Both the position numbers and the translations under genes were made by a program. A stretch of DNA of 64,000 bases from Oscillospiraceae bacterium (GTDB lineage: Bacteria; Bacillota; Clostridia; Oscillospirales; SIG519), in NCBI GenBank assembly GCA_015067255.1, contig SVMS01000001.1, forward strand, positions 95,285 to 159,284. The letters run 5' to 3'. Below are positions 18,433-25,430 of the stretch, one piece after another. The notes under the pieces are model-generated. The model saw only the letters and a list, made by a program, of their open reading frames with translations, did not search any database and was not told the DNA's origin. Numbering within the stretch: position 1 is the stretch's first letter; each line of letters starts with the position of its first letter.

Positions 18433-21400
18433 ATGAAAAAAATCTTATGCTTATTTTTAGCTGTTTCAATATTGCTTTCTGTTTTTCTTGTAACTCCCAA
18501 CATTTCTGCGACAACAGGCACTAACGGAAAGAAAATTCTCTCTCCAGGCACAGTTGATGACGGTTCTACCTTTGATTTTAATAATTCAATGAACGGCAGT
18601 GCTTTTTCTCCTTCACAAAAAGGCTCTGACGGAAACCCTCTTGTCTTTGTGCCTGAAAGTGATACCTTTAATGTTTGTAACGGTCAGGTTGATATTTCCA
18701 ACAACGAATATAAGGTACAGGGCTTTTTTACCGATAAAGTAACCTTAAGAGCGCCTAATACTCAAAGCGGTGTTTCTGAAAGATACGTTGATTACAACGT
18801 TGAAGGCGGTTCATATATCGGCTTTCTTTCCTATTACAGAAACAATTTTACCGCAAATACCATTTCTAAAATGTGGTTTAATACTCATAATAACGGCGTA
18901 AGAGTTATGTATTCTACGGACAACGGTGCTACCTGGAATGGTCCTTTGAGCTATTCTGCTCTTTTTGAATTTGTAAGATTAACTAATCCTACAAGTGTTG
19001 AAAACGGAGCTCAAAATCCTCAGTCTCAGCTTGATAATCTTCCTGCTCAGGTTGCCCATATGATAAACAACAATTCAGGACAAAGCAATATGCTTTGGTT
19101 TTATGAATATGTAGGTATGTGTCATTCCTATTCTATTCCTTCAGATGCAACAATGGTAAGATACATATTCCCTGCCGATTCAGTAATTCAGTCCGAAGGC
19201 GAATGGCTTCAAAACCGTGGCTTTCTTTATGGCGGTGCAGCAGCTTCTTCTACCCCAATTAACGACAAAACCTTTTCTTTTGTTTCTTCTGAGCCTAAGC
19301 CGGATTTACCAAAAGAACCCGAAAAGCCTCTCTTTACACCGGGCTCGGTTGATAATCTTATTGTAAATGACTTTGGCAGCACACAATACGGCGCTGCAAA
19401 CTTTAATAATTTCGGTATACCTCCGCTGAATAATATAGACGAATTTCTTAAAATTAACGATACAATCAAATACGCTGCAGATAATAAATTCTCTGAAGAT
19501 ATATATTTCTTAGGTTATAATATTCTCCCCTCTGATCTATATTCTAAAGAAAAAAGTCTTACCTACAGGGTTGTGGGTGACAGTTACTTTGCTTTTGACT
19601 TTTTCTCCTCCAATGCAGAAAGTCTGCAGTTAGCTAATCTGTTATACGACAGAAACGGCACAGGCTGGCAGCTATGGTTTTCTTCCGACAACGGAAAAAA
19701 TTACAAGAAGGCTGAGCCTTACGAGTTCTATCTTAATAAGATGGTAAGATTTAACGGTAGTTCATCATATATTGTAAAGGATTCTGACTGCTGGTTTGGA
19801 CAAGGCGTCAATAAAGGTCTTCTCGACTTTCTTAAATTAAATATGCATTCATCAACTACCATAGGTCTTAGTGACCCTAATGCCGGCGCTTCTCACTTTA
19901 TTTTAGGTAAATCCTACTATTTACCCGAAGGTACTACAAATGCAAAAATTGTATTCCCCGATTTATCTTATGTAAGTAACGGTGAAGAACGTTGGAAGCT
20001 TGCTCTTACAGGTGTTAAGGCTTCTTTAACTCCTATTACTGCTGAGAGCGCAGGCTCAAAAGCTACAGTTGACGGCGTAACTCTTCCCGAGTACGACAAC
20101 ACCTTTGCTTTAGATACCTTCAATAAAGCAACAGGCGCAGTTGCTGCAGCTACAGGCTCTGCTAATGTTAACTACTCTTATGACGACAGCAACGTTTATG
20201 TTAACGTTGAAACTGATGCTGATATCGTTGATTTCTACTATATCAACAACATCAACTTCCTTCAGAACATAACAGGCAACACAGTATTTGATTTATTCAA
20301 CATTCCTGCTAACGTTGACGGCGATGTTTCCAGCGCTATCGGAAAAATCTCCTACAATGCAACAACAGGTAAATTCACAACAGACAATATGGGCGGCGTA
20401 TTCTCTGCAGACGAAGCTAAAGACGCTAAGGCTACAGAAACAGGCGTATCCTTTATTGTTCCCCGTTCCACAGTTTGCGATAAATTCTTATTCCATGTTG
20501 CAGCGTACAACGAAGGCGACAGCACAATGCTTTCTACAGGAAGCATCAACGGCGGTAGCCTTGCAGGCTTCAAGACCTTGAGCTTTGCTGATGTTTCTTC
20601 CAAATATACATTTGCAGACGGAAAGGTTAACAATATTAAATACGGCACAAGTGTAAACAGCTTTATCATGGGCAACGGCAAGACTGTATCACTTTTCAGT
20701 GCTGACGGAAAAGCTCTTGCGTCCAATACTATATTGGGCACAGGCGCTTATGCAGTTGTTGACGGCAACAAGTATGATATCGTTCTTGAAAATGACGTTA
20801 ACGGCGACGCTGATTTTAACATTCTTGATGCTGTTACTGTAAGAAACAGTCTGTTAGGTATTTATGAGTTAAGTGATGCTTCAAAAGAAGCAATAAATAC
20901 TAAAACACCTTCTCTTATTGACCTTTTATCTTTAAAATCTGATATCCTTAACGGCAAAAAATTTGAAGAGGAAAAAGAATATTGTCCAAAGTATATTTCT
21001 TTAGACGGTGAATTTTCAATAAAAGGACAGGCTTCCCGTGAATCACTTCAAAATTATCTTGCCTCTGCTTCAACTCTTGAAGGCTTTATCAGTGCTACTA
21101 CAGTAGGAGACCTTGTTCCCGGTGTTGACCCTACATTTGAACAAGACCTTCAAACTGTTTTAACAACAGGCTCGAGATTGATTGCCCGTGCAGGCTTTAT
21201 CTGGTCTAACGGACTTGAGCTTATTACTCACTTTGCAAACAGCAAAAAATATGCAAAATATGTTCACGATATTGATTCAAGAATTATTCTTGAGGCTTGT
21301 ATTTTTGAAGCTATCGGAGAAGAAACATCTTCAAGAACTATAATTCCCGAATACGTACTTGAAGCCTTTGGAGAACCCATTGAAAAGTCAAGACCCTTTG

Positions 21401-22218
21401 ATTACTGGAATATAATAAATTATGATTATCTGAATATTTGGGGTAACGGTACCTCCGTTCCTGATATGACAACCTTGGAAGGACAAATGTGGTGCTATTA
21501 CTTAGCCACCCAGTATATTGATGCAGGCTTTGATATTATAGACTTCGGACAAATAGCTTTAATTAGCGCAAATGATGACGGTACTGCTGTAAATAAGCTC
21601 TTTAATATGGTAAGAGAATATGCCGCCGAAAACGGAAGAAACAACAATGTTCTTATTACAGCTCACGTTTATTATAATTTAAGGCCTGAAATACTTTACA
21701 GTAACCCATCTACAAAGCTTTTGAATTTTGACTATCTTACCTTCCCCTCCCGTATATATGACGGTAACGGAAGCTATGAAATTGAAAGTGACGGATATAT
21801 GCCCTGTACCATAGAGGTCGGATTTATTGACTCTCTGTATGGCAGAACTCCCGAGGGTATGTCTCCCCAAGGCTATTATATGGAAAATGCTCTTTATTTG
21901 GTTGAGTTTGATAACTTCGGTCACGAAAGTATGCCTGACGGAGTTGCAACCGGCACGTATATTCCCTGGGGCTATGACGAAATTACCTGGTATGCTTTAC
22001 AGCCCAAAAGAGCTCAGATGCAATTTATGACAGAGGCAATAGCCGCTATTCGTTCCTTTGACGACGGTGTTGGCTATTTTGCCCTTCCCTTCCGCCGTAA
22101 TTCTACCCGTATAATAAACGGAGAGGTTGAATATATGTTTAATGCTTCCTCTAAGGTTAAAAACGGCGCAGGACTCGAAGCCTTTTTCAGACAAATAATT
22201 ACAACAAGCTGGAAATAA
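18433..22218 (+). CDS. Giant secreted multidomain protein (paralogue 2 of 4528-8361)
   Basis: 1261 aa. RBS aaaggagag. Signal peptide ending NISA-TT. Same domain order as paralogue 1 (YSTDNGATW, SSDNGKNY, DVNGDADFNILD, C-terminal ARAGFIW...WGYDEITWYALQP). Confidence 0.8.
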   Translation: MKKILCLFLAVSILLSVFLVTPNISATTGTNGKKILSPGTVDDGSTFDFNNSMNGSAFSPSQKGSDGNPLVFVPESDTFNVCNGQVDISNNEYKVQGFFTDKVTLRAPNTQSGVSERYVDYNVEGGSYIGFLSYYRNNFTANTISKMWFNTHNNGVRVMYSTDNGATWNGPLSYSALFEFVRLTNPTSVENGAQNPQSQLDNLPAQVAHMINNNSGQSNMLWFYEYVGMCHSYSIPSDATMVRYIFPADSVIQSEGEWLQNRGFLYGGAAASSTPINDKTFSFVSSEPKPDLPKEPEKPLFTPGSVDNLIVNDFGSTQYGAANFNNFGIPPLNNIDEFLKINDTIKYAADNKFSEDIYFLGYNILPSDLYSKEKSLTYRVVGDSYFAFDFFSSNAESLQLANLLYDRNGTGWQLWFSSDNGKNYKKAEPYEFYLNKMVRFNGSSSYIVKDSDCWFGQGVNKGLLDFLKLNMHSSTTIGLSDPNAGASHFILGKSYYLPEGTTNAKIVFPDLSYVSNGEERWKLALTGVKASLTPITAESAGSKATVDGVTLPEYDNTFALDTFNKATGAVAAATGSANVNYSYDDSNVYVNVETDADIVDFYYINNINFLQNITGNTVFDLFNIPANVDGDVSSAIGKISYNATTGKFTTDNMGGVFSADEAKDAKATETGVSFIVPRSTVCDKFLFHVAAYNEGDSTMLSTGSINGGSLAGFKTLSFADVSSKYTFADGKVNNIKYGTSVNSFIMGNGKTVSLFSADGKALASNTILGTGAYAVVDGNKYDIVLENDVNGDADFNILDAVTVRNSLLGIYELSDASKEAINTKTPSLIDLLSLKSDILNGKKFEEEKEYCPKYISLDGEFSIKGQASRESLQNYLASASTLEGFISATTVGDLVPGVDPTFEQDLQTVLTTGSRLIARAGFIWSNGLELITHFANSKKYAKYVHDIDSRIILEACIFEAIGEETSSRTIIPEYVLEAFGEPIEKSRPFDYWNIINYDYLNIWGNGTSVPDMTTLEGQMWCYYLATQYIDAGFDIIDFGQIALISANDDGTAVNKLFNMVREYAAENGRNNNVLITAHVYYNLRPEILYSNPSTKLLNFDYLTFPSRIYDGNGSYEIESDGYMPCTIEVGFIDSLYGRTPEGMSPQGYYMENALYLVEFDNFGHESMPDGVATGTYIPWGYDEITWYALQPKRAQMQFMTEAIAAIRSFDDGVGYFALPFRRNSTRIINGEVEYMFNASSKVKNGAGLEAFFRQIITTSWK
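20002..20678 (+). repeat. High-identity tract shared with 6160-6836
   Basis: See 6160-6836. Confidence 0.85.
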
Positions 22219-22222
22219 CCAT

Positions 22223-22247
22223 AAAAAAACTGTGCAGAATTAGCGTG
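22223..22247. repeat. Left arm of a 25-bp inverted repeat bracketing the whole convergent gap
   Basis: aaaaaaactgtgcagaattagcgtg versus the reverse complement of 22599-22623 (aaaaaagctgtgcagaattggcgtg), 23/25. Starts 5 nt after the stop at 22216-22218. Confidence 0.85.
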
Positions 22248-22441
22248 ATACTCTTAACGGAGTATCACGCAACTCTATTCGCCTACGGCGAGTGATATTG
22301 CTTCGCAGTGATATTCGGCTTTTAGCCGAGTGCTATTTGGCTCCGCCAAGTTATATGCGAATAGAATATCACGGAACCGATAGGTTTCATATCACTTTCG
22401 CAAAGCGAAAATATCACGCTGGCGACAGTCAGCATATCACT
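22243..22441 (+). repeat. Hairpin-array repeat, copy A (GTGATAT/ATATCAC family)
   Basis: H0 hairpin 22243-22270; tattcgcc at 22276. GTGATAT-type heptamers at 22292, 22308, 22330 and 22350, separated by mini-hairpins. gcgaata at 22358. ATATCAC at 22366, 22389, 22411 and 22434, separated by 13-16-nt hairpins. Confidence 0.9.
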
Positions 22442-22455
22442 TTACAGACAAAAAG

Positions 22456-22500
22456 AAAGAGAAGACTCGTCAAGTACGAATCTTCTCTTTTCTGTTGTTA
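22456..22500 (+). terminator. Hairpin with U-rich tail inside the convergent gap
   Basis: aaagagaaga (22456-22465) pairs with tcttctcttt (22481-22490), followed by ttctgttgtt. Confidence 0.45.
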
Positions 22501-22598
22501 GTGGGTTTGGGCTGCTGCCCAAGTGCGTTTGTACATACAAATGCGATGCTGGTTCTTAACCGAATTTGAAAGAATTTCATTTTCTCCGATAAGAACAA

Positions 22599-22623
22599 CA
22601 CGCCAATTCTGCACAGCTTTTTT
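22599..22623. repeat. Right arm of the 25-bp inverted repeat
   Basis: cacgccaattctgcacagctttttt; ends 6 nt before the coaW-like stop at 22630. Confidence 0.85.
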
Positions 22624-22629
22624 AAGCTT

Positions 22630-23463
22630 TTAAATTTCTGTTAGCTCATCCTCTTGAGCTATTGCGGCGCCTATTGCCGTTACAAATGCCGCTTTTTCAG
22701 GAATATTATACTCTATGCCTGTAAACTCTGAAAATGCTTTAAAGCAAAGCTTAGCCACGTCATTTTCTACTGTTGAGCCTATAACTGTAATACTTTCGGG
22801 TGTTTCAGCCTCAAAACAGAATTTAGCAAGCATACCCACAGTCTGAAAAACCATATTGAATATTCCTAAGGCTATATCGCTGCTGTTTGCCGTTTCCTTT
22901 ATGTTTCCGAAATTGGAAGCGGTTATTTCAGAGCCCATACTGCCCACATTCTTCTTGCTTATATCTCCTATAAAAAGGTCGACATTATGAAGCTTTCCTG
23001 CGTTTGCAAGATGCAAGGCTTCGTCAAAATCATCCTTGTCAAGTATAAGCTTGGAAAGACCTCTTATTGTGCCCCCGCCGACTCCTGAGCCGCCGCAATG
23101 CTTAAAGCCTTTCTTATCAGCCTTTATAAAGCAGGTTCCTGTTCCTACGCTTGCAACAAAAGCGCTTTTTTCATCTGTTACATACATAGCGCCGTTGCCT
23201 ATACAAAAAAGCTCATCTGCAATATAAGTTTTAACTGAGTAAATACCCTCATTAAAATAAGAAGCGCCTACGCCTGTAAGCACTATTTTTTCTATATCGG
23301 AAAGCAGGATACCTGCTTTTTCAATAAAGCTGTCAAAAGCATCAATTGCCGATTTATTAGGCTCTGTATTTGCAAAACGCATAGGACAAATAATTTCATC
23401 TTTATCAAAGCCTACTATCTTTACCGTTGTTGCGCCTATATCTATTCCGAGTGTAATTTTCAC
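22630..23463 (-). CDS. coaW: Type II pantothenate kinase-like ASKHA ATPase
   Basis: 277 aa. GIDIGATTVKIVG phosphate-1 motif, SVGTGTCF, GSGVGGGTIRGL. Abuts the upstream S-component gene. Confidence 0.6.
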   Translation of the reverse strand: MKITLGIDIGATTVKIVGFDKDEIICPMRFANTEPNKSAIDAFDSFIEKAGILLSDIEKIVLTGVGASYFNEGIYSVKTYIADELFCIGNGAMYVTDEKSAFVASVGTGTCFIKADKKGFKHCGGSGVGGGTIRGLSKLILDKDDFDEALHLANAGKLHNVDLFIGDISKKNVGSMGSEITASNFGNIKETANSSDIALGIFNMVFQTVGMLAKFCFEAETPESITVIGSTVENDVAKLCFKAFSEFTGIEYNIPEKAAFVTAIGAAIAQEDELTEI

Positions 23464-24282
23464 TTATTCTTCCTCTTTTTCAGAAACAGCCTCTTGTAAA
23501 ACGGGCTGTTTTTTATTGATTTTTCCCAAAGCCTTACATACAGCTCCTGTAATAATACAGGAAGCCACAGCTTCAAGAATACCGTTAAAGCCTGCAATAG
23601 ACATAAACAAAACCAATAAACCGTTTACTGTTGTTCCCAAAGCGTTAGCAGCAATATTTCCTAAGAACAAATATATACTGCCTAAAAACAAAACTGTATT
23701 TAAAAGAGAGCCTAAAAGACCTACAGCACCGAAAGCAAAGGTGTTTTCAAATCTATTTTCAGTCAAAATAGAAATCAAAGATACTATAATACCCATAATG
23801 ACAGCAGGGATAAGGCAAGCCATCATCATAAATATACTTCCCTTTCCGCTTCCGAACTGAGTTATTATAAATGCAGATATACAAGCTGATATAATATACG
23901 GAACAAGATTTACTGCAAAACGGCTGATTTTTTTATGCTGGAAGGCTTTAATAAGAAGCCCTGACAAAAAGCCCATAATAACTCTGGGCAGTACACATAT
24001 TAAAAAGGTTGCAAATACGCTGTAGGACAGCATAGCAGGTCCTAAGGGAATATCATTAGGAGCTTGGAAAAAGCTTGTCAAACCAAAAACAAGACCCAGA
24101 AAAGCGCCTGCTGAGGGCCCGAGCAAAACAGCACCCACTATAACAGGAACCTGAATTATTGTAAGCTTAATTCCTATACTTACAGGAAGATATCCTATAG
24201 GAGTAACCGCAAGAATTATAATTATGGCGGAAAGCAAAGCAAGCTTTACAAAAAACTGTATGGAAAATTTCTTGTTTTTCAT
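23464..24282 (-). CDS. ECF-transporter substrate-specific (S) component; pantothenate (PanT-like) suggested only by linkage
   Basis: Start moved to the ATG at 24282 (MKNKKFSIQ...) preceded by agagg; the track start at 24375 lies in hairpin-rich leader. Polytopic membrane protein with LTIIQVPVIVGAVLLGPSAGAFLGLVFGL typical of the ECF_trnsprt family. Confidence 0.6.
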   Translation of the reverse strand: MKNKKFSIQFFVKLALLSAIIIILAVTPIGYLPVSIGIKLTIIQVPVIVGAVLLGPSAGAFLGLVFGLTSFFQAPNDIPLGPAMLSYSVFATFLICVLPRVIMGFLSGLLIKAFQHKKISRFAVNLVPYIISACISAFIITQFGSGKGSIFMMMACLIPAVIMGIIVSLISILTENRFENTFAFGAVGLLGSLLNTVLFLGSIYLFLGNIAANALGTTVNGLLVLFMSIAGFNGILEAVASCIITGAVCKALGKINKKQPVLQEAVSEKEEE

Positions 24283-24324
24283 TTTTAAACCTCTTTTTAA
24301 AAATAATATAATGACTATGTGGAT

Positions 24325-24506
24325 GTCGAAATAGGGCAAAGCCTTATTTCGACTGCGAATTCTTTGAATTCGCAAACAATTACCAACGGTAATTGAACAT
24401 ATTCATTGAAATGATATCGAAGTTGCAAAATAACATTTTAAGATGTTTTTGCAACATAGAGCCGATTTTCATCGGCTTTGTCGAGAAATTGGGTCAATTT
24501 CTCGAC
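24325..24506 (-). other. Six back-to-back hairpins in the leader of the S-component/coaW operon
   Basis: Stems at 24325-24353, 24355-24373 (gcgaattc-ttt-gaattcgc), 24377-24395 (caattacc-aac-ggtaattg), 24423-24454, 24460-24477 and 24480-24506. Confidence 0.8.
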
Positions 24507-24522
24507 ATTCGATAATCATTAT
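24460..24522 (-). repeat. 63-bp module, copy 2 (inverted partner of 8468-8530)
   Basis: Its reverse complement matches 8468-8530 at 62/63 positions. Confidence 0.9.
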
Positions 24523-24526
24523 AACC

Positions 24527-24555
24527 ATTATAGTACCAAAAAAATGAAAAATCAA
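24527..24555 (-). promoter_or_regulatory. Candidate sigma-A promoter of the S-component/coaW operon
   Basis: On the minus strand: TTGATT (24555-24550), 17 nt, TATAAT (24532-24527). The predicted TSS falls at the edge of the 63-bp module. Confidence 0.55.
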
Positions 24556-24651
24556 TGTAAATATAAAATTTTTGTAGATTTTTATTTTAAAATATAGTAT
24601 AATATGATTGCAGTATTTTAAAAAAATATATATTGTGGAGATGATACTGTT

Positions 24652-25419
24652 TTGGAATACGGTCTTTCCAGCGCTTGCTTTTATCCTATGGATACCTTTG
24701 ATACCCTTGAAATTATAAGTAATGCCGGATTTAATACTATCGAAATTTTTGCCAATGCCTATTCAGAGTGTACAGGCGAAGGGCTTAAAAAATTAAAAGA
24801 GCTTAAAAACAGATATAATCTCAATGTATATTCATTTCATCCTTTTACAGGTGTTGTTGACCCTTATATGCTTTTTTCCGGATATAAACGCCGTTTTGAC
24901 GATACTGTTGAGCTTTATAAAAGGCTTTTTGAGGCGGCAAAGGAATTAGGCGCTGAGGTTTTTAATTTTCACGGAGATTATAAGGACGTTTACTCTACCT
25001 CTCCTGCTCAATACGCCGAGGTTTATAAAAAGCTTTTTGAAGAAGCGAAGGCTATGGATTTAAAATTTGCACAGGAAAATGTTTCCCGTTGCAAATGCGG
25101 ATATATTGACTATTTAAAGGAACTTAAAAACGAGCTTAATGACGAAATATACTTTACACTTGATTTAAAGCAGGCAATAAGAGCTAAGCAGGATATTTTT
25201 AAAATGATAGAGCTTATGGAAAAAAACATTGTAAACTATCATATAAGCGACAGTGATAAAGAGCGTGACTGTCTTTTGCCTACCTACGGAACAGCGGATT
25301 TGAGCAAAATAAATAAGGCTATTTCCAAATATTATAACGGACCTGCAATTGTTGAGGTTTATAGCAACTGCTATTCCTCTACCGACATATTCAAGCAATT
25401 AAAAACAAAACTTTTTTAG
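24652..25419 (+). CDS. Sugar phosphate isomerase/epimerase (xylose isomerase-like TIM barrel, AP_endonuc_2 family)
   Basis: 255 aa with a TTG start. NAGFNTIEIF, AEVFNFHG and QENVS blocks. Confidence 0.6.
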   Translation: MEYGLSSACFYPMDTFDTLEIISNAGFNTIEIFANAYSECTGEGLKKLKELKNRYNLNVYSFHPFTGVVDPYMLFSGYKRRFDDTVELYKRLFEAAKELGAEVFNFHGDYKDVYSTSPAQYAEVYKKLFEEAKAMDLKFAQENVSRCKCGYIDYLKELKNELNDEIYFTLDLKQAIRAKQDIFKMIELMEKNIVNYHISDSDKERDCLLPTYGTADLSKINKAISKYYNGPAIVEVYSNCYSSTDIFKQLKTKLF

Positions 25420-25430
25420 GAGGGCTTACA

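Noticed and set aside
22243-22441. CRISPR-array interpretation of the ATATCAC/hairpin periodicity
   Set aside because: The repeats are only 7-9 nt and the spacers only 9-18 nt and self-complementary. The motif switches orientation mid-element. The same architecture recurs at four loci, and there are no cas genes in the window.
22292-22501. Track ORFs lying inside the hairpin-array repeats (22292-22501, 32211-32432, 43395-43595, 48666-48947)
   Set aside because: Their 'protein' sequences merely translate the repeated heptamers and palindromes (recurrent YH/HIT strings). They have no RBS. The conservation pattern is conserved heptamers plus sequence-variable palindromes, which is nucleic-acid-level rather than codon-level.
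8531-24459. The 16-kb block between the 63-bp inverted modules as a transposon or integrative element
   Set aside because: There is no transposase, integrase or recombinase, no target duplication and no compositional break. The block mixes locus-internal genes with coaW and the S-component. I kept it only as a possible recombination or inversion substrate in the findings.
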